From contig CAWEPZ010000011.1 of the NCBI GenBank assembly GCA_963811105.1, forward strand, positions 576,001-640,000: a DNA stretch of 64,000 nt, given 5' to 3'. A program made the position numbers and the translations under genes. The notes below the pieces were generated by a model that saw only the letters and a list, made by a program, of their open reading frames with translations, did not search any database and was not told where the DNA came from. Source of the stretch: Candidatus Bathyarchaeota archaeon (GTDB lineage Archaea > Thermoproteota > Bathyarchaeia > Bathyarchaeales > Bathycorpusculaceae). Shown in pieces: positions 13,139 through 25,193 of this stretch (position 1 is its first letter; every line of letters begins with the position of its first letter).

Positions 13139-14749
13139 ATGAGTGAAAGAGTACATAAGAATAGTTCATATCTAAACGGAAAATCTACAGTAGGTACTAA
13201 CACGCGTGTAAAAGACACTAGCACTATAAGCGGCATGTGCCCGATTTGCATTCGCGACTGCCCAGTGGTATGTGAAATCAGCCTTTCAGCCTTTCGAGGA
13301 AGAGAAGCACTCTACCCAGAACCAGCACAATTTGGAACCAGCACTGCAGGAGCTCTCAAAAACTTCGGTTTAGACTGGTCACACTTCAGCATCCAAGCTG
13401 GACTTTTTGATGCCCAAGGCATACCGGAAACTTCAGAAGAAGCCATTTTCCCAAACGCGAACACAGAAGCAGTTGTAGGAGGAATGCCACTAAAACTTCC
13501 AATACTTACAGGCGCTTTTGGCTCAACAGAAGTTGCGCGCGTAAACTGGGATGCACTTGCAATCGGTGCTGCGCTCTCAGGTGTGTCTGTGACAATAGGC
13601 GAAAATATTGCCGGCATGGACGTGCAAGCTGAGTTTTCAAATGGAAAAATAACTCATTCACCGGAGCTAAAACGTCGAGTTGATTCTTTCAGGAAGTTCT
13701 GGGACAAAAAATATGGCGACGTAATTATTCAAACAAACGTTGAAGACCAAAGACTAGGAATAGACGCATATGCATTGTCCAAGTTGGAAGTAAACATAAT
13801 CGAGCGCAAGTGGGGGCAAGGAGCCAAAGCCATAGGCGGCGAAGTACGTCTCAAGAATATCGAGAAAGCCATCTTACTGAAGAAGCGCGGGTACATTGTG
13901 ATTCCAGACCCTGAAGACATAGTGGTCCAACACGCATTCAAAGATGGCGTTTTCAATACTTTCGAAAGACATAGCAGAGTCGGTATACCTAAAGAAAAAT
14001 CATTTATCGAGGACATTGAGTGGCTGCGCAAGCAAGGTGCAAAAAGAGTATTCTTAAAAACAGGAGCGTACAGACCATCAGCAGTCGCTTATACAATGAA
14101 ATTCGCTTCTGAAGCAAAAATTGACGCCTTAAGTTTCGATGGTGCAGGTGGAGGGACAGGAATGAGTCCAGTATCAATGATGGATGAAATGAGCATTCCA
14201 ACTTTGTACCTGCAGGCGCTAGTACTAAAATGTGCAATGATATTAAAGAAGAAAGGAAAACATGTTCCTGACTTGGTGATGGCAGGCGGATTTATCGAAG
14301 AAACGTCAATATTCAAAACAATTGCGCTTAGCAACTTTGGACAGGGGCCATTGATTAAAGCAGTTCTCATGGGACGCTCTCCAATAACGGCAGCGATGAA
14401 AGCCAGTTACTTCAATCAATTGTCCAAAGAGGGAAGATTACCTAGAAGCTTTGCTGAAAAGTTCGGTGAAACGCCAGACAAATTTTTCATAGCAACACCA
14501 GAGCTCAAAGCAAAATATGGCAAACGATTCGGCGAAATCCCGGTAGAGAGCATAGGTGTTTATACATACTTAACTGATAGGGTCGGCGTTGGCTTAAAGC
14601 AATTAATGGCTGGCAATAGGAAATGGAAACTAGATTTGATTACAAGAGGCGATTTAATGAGTCTTAGCGAAATAGCGACAAAAGTTACAGGCATTCCCTT
14701 AGCACATGAAGTAGAAAATGAGGCAGTAGATAAAATCTTGGACTACTAA
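13139..14749 (+). CDS. FMN-binding glutamate synthase family protein
   Basis: N-terminal CPICIRDCPVVC, IGEN, KWGQGAKAIGGE, LKTGAY, DGAGGGTGMSP, AGG motifs. Confidence 0.85.
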   Translation: MSERVHKNSSYLNGKSTVGTNTRVKDTSTISGMCPICIRDCPVVCEISLSAFRGREALYPEPAQFGTSTAGALKNFGLDWSHFSIQAGLFDAQGIPETSEEAIFPNANTEAVVGGMPLKLPILTGAFGSTEVARVNWDALAIGAALSGVSVTIGENIAGMDVQAEFSNGKITHSPELKRRVDSFRKFWDKKYGDVIIQTNVEDQRLGIDAYALSKLEVNIIERKWGQGAKAIGGEVRLKNIEKAILLKKRGYIVIPDPEDIVVQHAFKDGVFNTFERHSRVGIPKEKSFIEDIEWLRKQGAKRVFLKTGAYRPSAVAYTMKFASEAKIDALSFDGAGGGTGMSPVSMMDEMSIPTLYLQALVLKCAMILKKKGKHVPDLVMAGGFIEETSIFKTIALSNFGQGPLIKAVLMGRSPITAAMKASYFNQLSKEGRLPRSFAEKFGETPDKFFIATPELKAKYGKRFGEIPVESIGVYTYLTDRVGVGLKQLMAGNRKWKLDLITRGDLMSLSEIATKVTGIPLAHEVENEAVDKILDY

Positions 14750-14862
14750 ATCATTCTTCTCCTTCCCTTTTTCAAAATTTTAGTCCTTCCCAAATATTAA
14801 ACTTGAAAACATCAATTTCAAAAAAAATAAGAAAGAAGAAAGGGAGTGAAAGTAGGATAAGC

Positions 14863-15528
14863 ATGACGGAAAGTATTGACGCAGAAATAACTATTAAACA
14901 AAAAGAATTAGATGTACGCAAATTGGAAATGGAAGATATTCGAGCGCAGTTCATAGAAGCTTCCGCAGTTTTTATTGCTCAATGGTACAATGAGACTGCG
15001 AAACATCATGTTTACACAAATTCACGCAATACTCTAAGCTTAGGCAGGGATAAATTATCGTCAATGAAAGGCAAACTAAAAGATCTCACGCAAGAAGCCG
15101 GAAAAATCGCTAATGAGCTTCTTTCTGACCCTTCTTTATGGTGGCATTTAATGCCAAAAAACGAAAATGAAAATCCTTCCCTTTATGTGCAGTATGGTAA
15201 TAGGTGCCCAGAAACCATTGATACCCCAATCCGCAAAGCATTGGGAAAATTAGGAGTAATTTTAGAAGAATACGGTTATAATGTGGCTACTAAAGGAGGA
15301 GGGTCAGGAGACGATGTTTCAGTCTGGAATAACAAAAATGTTAGTCCATATCCAATCAATTCCGTGCCTTATTATCCGAATAGCTACGATTGGTCTAAGG
15401 AAATGAAAGATATAATGAAAAGATACAATGAAAGTTACAAACAAGCATATGATTATTGCTCAAATATTAAACGCCTTCAACAGTTGAAAATGGAAAAGCT
15501 AGCTATTGAACTATGGGATTCGTCCTAA
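14863..15528 (+). CDS. Hypothetical helical protein
   Basis: Long ORF; ATG 14863 after an AGGA-containing purine tract. Confidence 0.6.
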   Translation: MTESIDAEITIKQKELDVRKLEMEDIRAQFIEASAVFIAQWYNETAKHHVYTNSRNTLSLGRDKLSSMKGKLKDLTQEAGKIANELLSDPSLWWHLMPKNENENPSLYVQYGNRCPETIDTPIRKALGKLGVILEEYGYNVATKGGGSGDDVSVWNNKNVSPYPINSVPYYPNSYDWSKEMKDIMKRYNESYKQAYDYCSNIKRLQQLKMEKLAIELWDSS

Positions 15529-16592
15529 GCCTATCCCCTTATTTTTACATTTTGGTTTCATAAATGCGCTACTGATAATCATAGACAGTCAAAAACAAAC
15601 AGGGATTCAATCTTAGATACATAACAAAACGACCTCACGAGAAAAATCTAAATCAACATCGAACAAACGTTATTTGATAAATACGACAACTTCCTCACAC
15701 ATAAAGTGTCGATCAGCCAGAAGAAATCAAATAGCTCATAAAACAGGAATCGAATGAATTCGCCAAAAAGACAACTTAATAACTATGAGAAAGCGAAAAT
15801 GAGCATGAATCAAACAAAAACGACGCTCAAAAAAAGTTGAAATCAATAGTACCAATCTGAAACGTGGCCGGAGTGAGGTACTTGCAGCTCGGTGGCGACA
15901 TAATCGGAATCTCCAGTGGCGATGTAACAGCCAATTATTTTTTTTCGCAGCTTTCTTCCCTTTTTCCTTTTTTATTTTAGCAGCCAGGAGACTTTCTAGT
16001 TGAATCATAAGGAAATTGGAGCTGCAGCTTTGGCTATCCGGATTTTTCTTTTTGGTTTGTCTTTCACTTTTGATGCTGATTTTCATGAGCTTGAGGAGAT
16101 TACGAAGAGGGCTTTGGGTGCTGTCGAATCTTCGGGTGACGTAAAAGGACGGTTTGCATTGGGTCATGAATTAAAGCCGATGCTGTTCTATTTTGTACTT
16201 ACAGGTTTATCGTTGTTTTGTATATTAGTTATAATCCATGTGAGCTTTTCGGGTGAAATAGGTTGTAGTAATTGATTCTCTTGTTTTTTCGGAATCAGTC
16301 AGAGTCATTGAACGTAATAAGGATGGTAATATAATCGGTGATAGAACGAATCTTGCCGATGAAGCGCAAAGAAAAGATACATTACCATCTAACCTCTAGA
16401 TTACGGAGTTAACACCCGCACCACCCTGTTTTTTCCTAAACCATCAAACATAAAGTTAAGTTTGTCAAGATTTTCGTTCTAATTTTAGTTTAATCCTACT
16501 TATTCAATGAAGCTGACTTTCGATGACTTCCATAAAGCACTTAGAGAGATAACCATTATAATCTTAAATATTCAAAAAGGTTTACGATAACA

Positions 16593-17450
16593 ATGCAAAG
16601 AAGCACTCTGTTGATAATATCAGGAATTCTAATTGCAGTAGGTTCTTGTTTAGTTTTAGTGGCTACTCTATTTGTGGCTTTTTTTACATGGGCAGAATAT
16701 TTCGTTCCTTCCCATTATGGTAGTGTAAGAGGAATTACTGAGCCTTTTTATGTTGAGATAGCTATAATTATTTTTGAGCTATCTGCATTCGCTTTAGGTC
16801 TGTTTTCGGCTTTAAACACATTGAAAGGAAGGAAATTCAGTTTATCCATTTTGGGAGCAACTTTTCTACTGATTGCAGGGTTACTGTTTTTTACAGATTT
16901 AGTTCTTAATGTTTTACCCCATGTGGAAACATTTGGTTATTATACAGGGTGGTCAATTCTTCAACAGTACTTGGGTCTTCCCATAATTGTACTTGCTTCC
17001 ATAACTATAATCCTTTTAGTTTCAAGAAAGGAAGAATTCAACAGCAAAGAAAATAATCCATTGGTAACGTTGAAAGTTATTCTAATTTTGTGTTCAATAA
17101 TTTCCGCTTCTTTCGCATTTTTTTCCATTGTTCCTTTAGAACAGGGTGCGGGTCTATTTGGTGGTAATTATCCATTATCTACTCTGATAGTTAGTATTTG
17201 CACTTTAGTTTTTGCTTCATCAGCTGGAGTACTTTTAATAAAGAAAAAATACTTCCTTGTATCAATTCTGTTAATGGTTCTTTCACTATTGTCAGCACTA
17301 TCGCTGTCTTTCATTTTTATGTATATTTTTCCTTGGATAGGGTCATTTGTTAAGGGTCTCGTAACTGAGTCACCAATCATTATACTTTCAGCAGTAGCTT
17401 TGGTTTTAGCTGCGTACTCAAGAGCAAGAACCAAGAATACCTTTCGGTAA
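16593..17450 (+). CDS. Polytopic membrane protein (~8 TM, two similar halves)
   Basis: Alternating hydrophobic segments; AT-rich. Confidence 0.7.
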   Translation: MQRSTLLIISGILIAVGSCLVLVATLFVAFFTWAEYFVPSHYGSVRGITEPFYVEIAIIIFELSAFALGLFSALNTLKGRKFSLSILGATFLLIAGLLFFTDLVLNVLPHVETFGYYTGWSILQQYLGLPIIVLASITIILLVSRKEEFNSKENNPLVTLKVILILCSIISASFAFFSIVPLEQGAGLFGGNYPLSTLIVSICTLVFASSAGVLLIKKKYFLVSILLMVLSLLSALSLSFIFMYIFPWIGSFVKGLVTESPIIILSAVALVLAAYSRARTKNTFR

Positions 17451-17785
17451 AATTTAGTATCATATGTGCTTGTTGTTGGATTAAATGCTAAATTTAATCT
17501 TAAATTCTACTCAGCTATGCAAGTCCTTATTTTTTTTTAATTAAATTTTAATCCCAAGCCCAAACCCAAATAACACTTGCACAATCAAAACACTCTTACG
17601 TGAAACCAAGCTTAGTCAACCTCCACTTACTAACTGTGCAAACAATTAGAGTAAATTTTTTTCTTTGTGCACAAAGGGATTTTACAGCAAGAGGAATATT
17701 AATTTTTTAGCAAAAGAATTTAATTGTATAGGCTGAAAGAGAGAAGGCGGGTGTGTAGGTAACCAACATTAAAATTTCCTATGCA

Positions 17786-18929
17786 TTGAAGCTTGCTATT
17801 TTGACTGCATTGATATCTAAATTTGCAGTTTTTGCAATAGCTTACGTTTCTACATATTTTACGAATGGCGGTCCAACGGACCCAGGATATATTTTGTTAC
17901 ATGAACTAGTACGATGGGACAGCCAGCAATATTTACGCATAGCACAATTTGGTTACGTAAATCAGGGTGATGCAGCAAACGGTATCGTCTTCTTTCCATT
18001 TTACCCTTTTCTAATTAGAATAATTACTTTCAATTTCAACTATGTTGCCCTTTCAGGACTTATAATATCCAATACTTGTTCAATTCTCACAGTTGCTTAC
18101 TTGTTTAAACTTGTAAAACTTGACTACAATGACAGTGTTGCAAAAAAGACAATATTATTCCTAAGTATTTTTCCAACAGCTTGCTTTTTGTCAGCGGCTT
18201 ATACTGAAAGTGTTTTTCTTGTGCTAACCATTGCCAGCCTTTATTATGCTAGAAACTCAAATTGGTCTTTAGCTGGTTTACTAGGTATTCTTTCGACTCT
18301 AACTCGAATTAGCGGGGTTAGTTCTTGTTCCTGCACTTGCCGTTGAATACTTGTATCAGAAAAAATGGACAATAAAATTAAACAAGATACTATCTCTTGA
18401 CGGTTTTTGCACTTGCACATTAAAGTTCAAAGTTCTTGATAGGAAATTTTTATGGTCTATCGTTCCAGCTGCTGGCTTTTTAATATATTTGTTTATTAAC
18501 GTTATAGTTACAGGAAACCCCTTCGCCTTTGTATCAGTTGAGAGCAAGCATTTCTTTCAGGACTTCAATCCGCTTGCGGGCTGGAAGAGTGCAATCGGTC
18601 ATTGGACGACTGCCAGTTACCCAGACAATTTAATGATCGGAGTCTATCAAGTGATTTTCGCCACCTTTGGTTACCTGATGATAGTAGCAGCTTACAAACT
18701 AAAGTTACGTCCGTCTTATCAGGTCTGTATGTTCTTTACATGGTTCTTTGCTGTTTCAACTGGTTTCTGGCTCAGCGTTCCTAGATACATATTAGTCGTA
18801 TTTCCGCAGTTTATCGTGCTCGGCCTTCTTTCCACTAGAAAATCCGTAACTGTAATTATTACGGTTCTTTCGCTTGCTGGTTTAGCATATTATACGTGGT
18901 GGTTCGCTACAGGTCAATGGACAGCTTAG
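17786..18929 (+). pseudogene. PIG-V/GT-C type mannosyltransferase, frameshifted
   Basis: RWDSQQY, FFPFYP, AYTESVF, SVPRY motifs; an extra G in GGGG 18314-18317 splits ISG/LVLVPALAVEYLYQ. Confidence 0.8.
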
Positions 18930-19176
18930 AAGCCGATTCAACGACGTAACATAAACTCAGGGGAAAAAGATACTTCGCAGTGTATCTAATGACGCTTTCA
19001 AATCGCTGTTTGTTTAGTTAGTGTGGTTTAGTACACTGTAAAATCATGGTAGAATTCAAATTAAGGGATTCAACTTACGTCTAAAACCGTTTGAATTTCA
19101 GATAGACAGCCACAACCCGAAAAATACCAGAAAATATAAATAAAGTTAAGAGTTAAGGCTTTGTTTTGGAGCCTCT

Positions 19177-19509
19177 TTATTCTTGGTCATCCTTCACTAG
19201 CAGCTTTGCTGCCAATTTCAATTGCTCAAATGCTTCTTTAACTTTAATATTATGCTCTAAAGCCGGGTTCTGCTCTAAAGCCTTATCCAAAGTAGAAAGA
19301 TCCTTTTGCACTTCAATCAGAAATACTTCCCGATACAACTTCAAAACCCGTACAGCCGGCAAAGCATAAATCTGATCATCAGTGAACCCTTCTCGACGCA
19401 ACTTTGCCAATATTTCAATTTCAATGTTGATGATAGTTGGATTATTGGTTACCTTTTCCTCTTTAATGTACTCATCAAAAGTCATATCGTCCATTTTCTT
19501 ATCTGACAT
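19177..19509 (-). CDS. Hypothetical protein
   Basis: 110-aa ORF with AGGTG RBS upstream. Confidence 0.6.
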   Translation of the reverse strand: MSDKKMDDMTFDEYIKEEKVTNNPTIINIEIEILAKLRREGFTDDQIYALPAVRVLKLYREVFLIEVQKDLSTLDKALEQNPALEHNIKVKEAFEQLKLAAKLLVKDDQE

Positions 19510-19580
19510 TATAAAGCACCTTCAACCCTAGCAAACAAACTAAACATAACATATTTTTTAGCCAAAAGAACGTCTATTCC

Positions 19581-19757
19581 TTACTTGTCAAGTTCTTCTC
19601 TTAGAACAAGAATAGTGGGATACTCCATCGAATGACCTGATTTATCACTCACTTTAGGATGACCTTTCTTACATCTCATCCCATATCTTGTTTTGGCTGC
19701 ATTTTCCCAAACCTTTTCCGTTGGTCCACCACATACTGTGCACTTAAAATCTTTCAT
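19581..19757 (-). CDS. Small Zn-finger-like protein (58 aa)
   Basis: Manual translation MKDFKCTVCGG...RCKKGH...; GGTG RBS. Confidence 0.6.
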   Translation of the reverse strand: MKDFKCTVCGGPTEKVWENAAKTRYGMRCKKGHPKVSDKSGHSMEYPTILVLREELDK

Positions 19758-19894
19758 ATTTTTTCACCCAAACCAAAAAAAATTACTCCGATAAAGTCAA
19801 AGGTAAATAATTCGTAACTGTGTTTTTCCAATTCTTTTCTCTCCTTCAGCGTTATATTGACTTGTTTTGACTCTTCCTACTACAAAGAAAAGAG

Positions 19895-20074
19895 TTAAGG
19901 CTTCTTTTCTTCTACTTTAGCAAGGAATTTCTTGATTAATTCCAGATCAGCGTTAACCGTTTCTATGCTTCCACAACGATTTAAGAGCATAGAGAAGCCT
20001 TCTAAACGCTCCCCATCTTCTATATACCTTCTAATAATTTCTCTTTCGTTTGCTGTAAGTACGTATTCTCTCAT
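19895..20074 (-). CDS. Small helical hypothetical protein (59 aa), possibly DNA-binding
   Basis: MREYVLTANEREIIRRYIEDGERLEGF...; AGGTG RBS and TTATATA box upstream. Confidence 0.65.
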   Translation of the reverse strand: MREYVLTANEREIIRRYIEDGERLEGFSMLLNRCGSIETVNADLELIKKFLAKVEEKKP

Positions 20075-20423
20075 TAATTACACCTGCTCTATCTTTGTGG
20101 TTGTTTAACTATATAACTTTAACTACAATAGATAATTATAACTAGCCCATTAATTCCAGTAGTTGTCGAGCTTGAAAATATGATAACTCAACAAGTCAAC
20201 CAAAAACTTCCAAGGTGCGAAAACCTCAGACGACTAGATAAAGATCGCGTTTTTGCGCTCGTGCTAACGCTTGGATCAGCCCAAAATGCTGCGGCAAGTG
20301 CTGTCTAGGAAGCAAAACAAAGAGCCACTTATGCATGGTAAAGTTTTCGAATTAAGAAAAACTTAATTATTGAAAAAGAACATATTTCAGTCGAAACCAT
20401 TAGCGTTGGAGAAGTGTTTGTAG

Positions 20424-20738
20424 TTGAGCTCGACGCCAAGTGAGTCTGAAAAGAAAGAGCGAGAGCCAAGCCCTGTTGACATATCTTTTTTGGATATTTA
20501 CCAGCTTGTAGAGTTGTTTATCATGCTATTGAGCGAACAAGCCGGGCGCTATATAGGATTAAGGGTTGATCCGCGTACAAGTAAAATAGACAAGGATCTT
20601 GCAAGAGGGCGCGTCGCCATAGATTGCATAATCTCACTTGTTGACAAGATAGAATCCAACTTGGATAACGCAGAGATAGAACGTTTGCGAAGACTAATAA
20701 CAGACCTGCAAATGAACTATGTTGAACAGATGAAATAA
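20424..20738 (+). CDS. DUF1844-like protein
   Basis: LSEQA..YIGL.V.P...K..KDL..(A)RVAID ... L..LQMNYV pattern. Confidence 0.7.
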   Translation: MSSTPSESEKKEREPSPVDISFLDIYQLVELFIMLLSEQAGRYIGLRVDPRTSKIDKDLARGRVAIDCIISLVDKIESNLDNAEIERLRRLITDLQMNYVEQMK

Positions 20739-21539
20739 TGTGCGCGCTGAGGACTTGACAAAGAAAATAGCAGTGAGCGCAAAATTACTGCACCAGAAAT
20801 TAGAAAATTGAGGACATACTTCTTTTCTTTTTTTTCTAATATTGAAAAACCAAGTTTCCGCTACAAATGGGACAATCTAAAGGCAATTTTCCCTGAACCG
20901 ACATTAATTGATATGAGCATAGGAAGCAGAAGTAAATTTGGCAGTTTGAGCAGAACTTAGTGACTCCCCTATTATTTTTCCGCAAGAGTCACAAAGCTAG
21001 ACAAATCAACCATAACAAAACTTCAAACAAACTCTTAGATAAACCACGAATCGAAACTACCTTTTACGTTAGTGAGGTTGACTTAAACTGAAAGTCGGAA
21101 AGTTTTGATTTTAGAAGTTTGGTAGTTAGTTCATTTTTTACTCTATTTATTTATTTTAACTAAATGCGACAATAGCCAGCGACTAACAAATTCTTCGAGC
21201 TCTTACCAGCCATTTGGTTTTATTCTTGAAAGTATCTGAGCTTTAGTTTTATAGTCAAAGTCTGGGCTGTCCAATATTTCATTAAATATTTCTTCCAACA
21301 TAGTTCTTTCCTCATTAAGTGTTTTCTTTTTCTTTTTGAAGTTATTCTTTATCCTTAATTATTAATGTAGTCGGAAGACTTAATAATGATATTTCAAAAA
21401 GCAGAATATATCAAAAAAAGAAATTCCCTTAAAGCCATGCATTTTAGGATAAGTGGGAAAGGAAAGGTTACTCGCAGATTCGCTCAGCCAACATTTGGGC
21501 TAGACTGGCGTTGGTTTTTTTCGGAATTTGGCCAGATCA

Positions 21540-22202
21540 CTAAGGGGTAGCATTAGGGGTAACTATGACGTTTCCCCACATTCCAGCCGCGAAGTGACCA
21601 GGCACTTGGCAGAGGTAGTAATAGTTGCCGGACTGAGTAGGTGTGAAAGTTACTGAAGCTGTCCCACCCCCAGATATCATGTTGACTTGAGCTCCAAAGA
21701 CGACGTTCGCTGTCGCTGATTGAGCATCAACCATTGCCCAGTTGTGTGAAGTGGAGGAGGCAGCGTTGATTAGTGTTAGGGTGACGTTGTCGCCGACTTT
21801 GAACGTGAGAGTCGGTCCCGGGCTTTGTATGGTGGTGCTGCTGTTTCCGAATCCAAGACCTCCGCCGCTGCGGCTGCCCGCATAGATCGTCACACTAACT
21901 TGTGAGACGACAGGCGTAGGAATAGGCGTAGGAGAAGTAGAAGGATATGGTGTAAACGTAGGTAAGATGATTTGCGTTGGTATTGGCGTCGGGGTCGATG
22001 TAAGTGTTTGGGTTGGAGAGGGTGTCAGTGTTTCTGTAGGGGTAGGTGTAGGTGACGTTGTGGGTGAAGGGGAAGGACTTGGGGTAGGTGTTTGGGCAAG
22101 TTTTGTGTATGCGAACACTCCAGCCGCTGCTATGAGAATAATTGCGATGGCGACTGCAAAGTATACTCCGATTCTTTTATTCGGATTAGTTTCTGAAGTC
22201 AC
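21540..22202 (-). CDS. Membrane-anchored blue copper (cupredoxin) protein with Pro/Thr linker
   Basis: N-terminal TM, (TP)n stalk, HNW ... [15 protein letters not shown] type-1 Cu ligands. Confidence 0.88.
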   Translation of the reverse strand: MTSETNPNKRIGVYFAVAIAIILIAAAGVFAYTKLAQTPTPSPSPSPTTSPTPTPTETLTPSPTQTLTSTPTPIPTQIILPTFTPYPSTSPTPIPTPVVSQVSVTIYAGSRSGGGLGFGNSSTTIQSPGPTLTFKVGDNVTLTLINAASSTSHNWAMVDAQSATANVVFGAQVNMISGGGTASVTFTPTQSGNYYYLCQVPGHFAAGMWGNVIVTPNATP

Positions 22203-22787
22203 AATCTTTCAACTCCTGGCGCGACAACTAAACAACACTTAATCTCAATGAGCTAATAATTATTTGTGACTACGTCGACACAACAACAGTTAATTCTTCT
22301 TAGTCAAGGTATAATAGCTGTTTACTATAACCACCAATTAGACAAAAACAATTATCTTACTGTTTAACCTGAAAGCTTCACATTTTTTAGAAGGCGGGTT
22401 ACAGCCAACACTTCAGCCCAAGTCACTGATTCCACGCATTTTTTGTCGCCTAGATCAAGTTTCTTCTTCTTGCAGTTGCCTGTACACATCACTGAAGCCA
22501 AGAAGCCGGCGATGGCAAACCTCGTATTTTTGTTTCTTCTAAATGCCTAAATTGGATTCATGAAGTCACGGTTTATAACTCCGAAATCAAAGAGAACGAC
22601 CATTTATGGATGCGACTATGCATACGCTTATGGCTTCGCTTCATAAATCAGCACCGTTGGGAACATTCAGATTTGGATGACCAAACCGAAATGTTTTTCC
22701 AACTACCGTTTGATTTCAGTTTAAATATTTAAGAAATCAACCCAAAAAAGCTGAGTGTTGATTTGAACCCATGCCAGAGTGGAGATG

Positions 22788-23912
22788 TTACCCGCGATTC
22801 CCCTTTTTCTTGAACTTAGCATGCGGGAACTGCTCTTTAATGTGTGATGGGGTTTGTCTATTTCTTATAAAGAACCAAACGATTACAACAACCACAACGA
22901 CAACTGCGATTGCGATAACAAGGTAATCAGCAACGAAGCCAGCAGCTTTTTCCTGCCAACGATATATTCCGTCTGCTCCCACTATCCACCCATCAGTTGA
23001 GCTAACCATATTCACGCATGATAACCAGGCACCAGTTGGACTTGTAACGTTGCTCCAGCTTGCTCCATCCCAATGTATTATACACCCGTCTGAGCCCACC
23101 GCCCAACCATTAGTTGAGTTAACCATATTCACCGAAAACAAGGTTTTCGTAACCGGAACCGGGCTCGTTACATTGTTCCAGCTTGTCCCATCCCACCTAA
23201 TTATTATCCCACCGTCGCCCACCGCCCATACGTCATTCGAATTCACCATATCGACTGACCATAACGTTCCAGTTCCAACGATTTTTGGGCTTTCTACTAG
23301 ATTCCAGCTCGTTCCATCCAAATGCATCAAACTGTTAATGCCTGTATTCTGCGCTCTTCTCCCGACTGCCCATCCATCAGTTGTGTTGACTATATTCACC
23401 GATTCCCAAGGATTATTGATTGGACCCGTCACATTGTTCCAGCTCGTTCCATCCCATCTGATTATTATCCCAGCAAACCCTACCGCCCAACCATCAGTTG
23501 AGTTAACCATATCCAAGGACGTTAGCATGCCTGCAGTTGGGCTTGTTACGTTGTTCCAGCTTGTTCCATCCCATCTGATTATTGACTGATTAGTCTGATA
23601 CCCATCTGTTCGTTGGGCAATTGCCCATCCTTCAGTTGAGCTAACCATATCCACTGAAACTAACGCATATTTAGTTGGGCTTGTTACATTGTTCCATTTT
23701 GTTCCATCCCATCTAATTATAGCTCCCCCAAACCCTACCGCCCAACCATCAGTCGAGCTAACCATGGTCACTGATTGCAAGTATGCCTTGGTTGGGCTTG
23801 CGACTTTATTCCACTTCCAGCTTTCAGCTTGCACAGTCACCATAAACGGAGTCATGCAAAGCATGACAACCAAAATGAACGGCAGAGGTTTTAGAAAAGC
23901 ATCTTTTCTCAT
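22788..23912 (-). CDS. Secreted beta-propeller (YCF48/WD40-like) with ~7 tandem ~40-45-aa repeats and TM anchor
   Basis: Repeat WNNVTSPT...L.SV.MV.STDGWAVG..G.IIRWDGTS, conserved at DNA level. Confidence 0.8.
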   Translation of the reverse strand: MRKDAFLKPLPFILVVMLCMTPFMVTVQAESWKWNKVASPTKAYLQSVTMVSSTDGWAVGFGGAIIRWDGTKWNNVTSPTKYALVSVDMVSSTEGWAIAQRTDGYQTNQSIIRWDGTSWNNVTSPTAGMLTSLDMVNSTDGWAVGFAGIIIRWDGTSWNNVTGPINNPWESVNIVNTTDGWAVGRRAQNTGINSLMHLDGTSWNLVESPKIVGTGTLWSVDMVNSNDVWAVGDGGIIIRWDGTSWNNVTSPVPVTKTLFSVNMVNSTNGWAVGSDGCIIHWDGASWSNVTSPTGAWLSCVNMVSSTDGWIVGADGIYRWQEKAAGFVADYLVIAIAVVVVVVVIVWFFIRNRQTPSHIKEQFPHAKFKKKGNRG

Positions 23913-23964
23913 ACGGGCTTCATGTCTACCACGTCTTTAACAAATGATGGATAAGAAAGCTTTG

Positions 23965-23980
23965 GTCAAGATTTCTTGAT
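23965..23980. repeat. Single class-A box GTCAA-gatttc-TTGAT
   Basis: Same 16-bp box as in the 43-64 kb array, immediately upstream of the putative BRE/TATA of the 22788-23912 gene. Confidence 0.6.
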
Positions 23981-24392
23981 CAAATCAATTTAAGAAAACA
24001 AAAGCAAACTGGCAGTTTACCTCCACAACATCCCCAAGGTTTTCTCTAAAGTATGGAAAGGAATTTGAACACTAAATTTTTGTTTTGTCTTGTTGCATAA
24101 ACCTTATTGCCGAACTTTTGGAGCACAAAGTCGACGTTAAAAAACTGTGACTAGGTAGACTCACCAAGTTATACGTTGAAATTGCAGGTTGCCGCTCTTC
24201 TTCGGGCTTTCAAATTCGGGTGACTCTAATGAAATGTTCCATAGGGTTAAATCTTAATCTTTCACTCTTTATTCTGATAAGACAAATAGAGTCGGCAGTA
24301 TCCCCTGCAGCAAAAAGATAACAATAACCAATCGTCATTATATCTAAATCAGAGCTAAAATAAAAAAAAACAAAATGTTGATTTAAAGATTC

Positions 24393-24740
24393 TTAGACGT
24401 ATTTTTTGTCGTTATAGCAGTACCATCTTTCGTATTGCGGAATCCATGTCAGAGGCTTACCACATGTTGGACAGAAATGCTGACTAGACTGCTGTTGCGG
24501 TTGATTGGTGATTTGCGCTTGTGCTTGGGGTTTTAGAATGACGAAGTCTGAGGCTGCTTGAACATCTTCCCATGAAATGTTCTGTATTTCTCCATTCTCT
24601 CCCTCGACTGACAGCGAGATGCCTATTTTTCCAACGGCGAAAGCAACGTCCTTAACTTTTCCTATTAGTCGTCCTTTTGAATTGATCACTTGCATTGAGA
24701 CTAAGGCGTCTCTGGTTAAAGGTTTATCAGTTTTTTCCAT
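24393..24740 (-). CDS. PRC-barrel protein with C-terminal Zn ribbon
   Basis: MQVINSKGRLIGKVKDV ... CPTCGKPLTWIPQYERWYCYNDKKY. Confidence 0.8.
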   Translation of the reverse strand: MEKTDKPLTRDALVSMQVINSKGRLIGKVKDVAFAVGKIGISLSVEGENGEIQNISWEDVQAASDFVILKPQAQAQITNQPQQQSSQHFCPTCGKPLTWIPQYERWYCYNDKKYV

Positions 24741-25193
24741 CTTTGGTTCACTACTATTCTGATTAGTCTTTTCACGTTTTAAGTTTTTTCGTCTCCTTCA
24801 CAAAGTCGCTATCACTTACTGCAGTGGAATCTCCCAGTAACTGATTACGTCGCCTTTCACCCATTTACCAACCAAGCTCCGCACAACATCATTAATATCG
24901 TCCCATAAAGAGGTATTATTACCGAGTGTTCTAACAATTGGGTTTCTCAGTGTACAAGAAAGTCAAACATAAAGTCAAAGAACCTATGGTTTGAAAATTA
25001 TTAAATGGAACAAAAAAAAGAAAAATTAGGATTTTTTCCCTTTAGTGTCTGCTTCTCAAAATTCAAATGGATTAAGCGAACGCCAAAATAATTCCAATAA
25101 CTGAGCGTTGTTGGTTCAGTTTGAGACAACATTGTTTTATATTCTCTTAAGTCTTAATCGACTAATGTAAAGGAGAAAGCTAGAAGCTACAGC

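Noticed and set aside
15736-16275. ORFs 15736-16167(-) and 16000-16275(+)
   Set aside because: Low-complexity, overlapping and without motifs; probably decayed sequence
16464-16503. Possible class-A site GTCAAgattttCGTTC upstream of the 16593 gene (also half matches at 22303 and 33158)
   Set aside because: Only one pentamer matches; not distinguishable from chance
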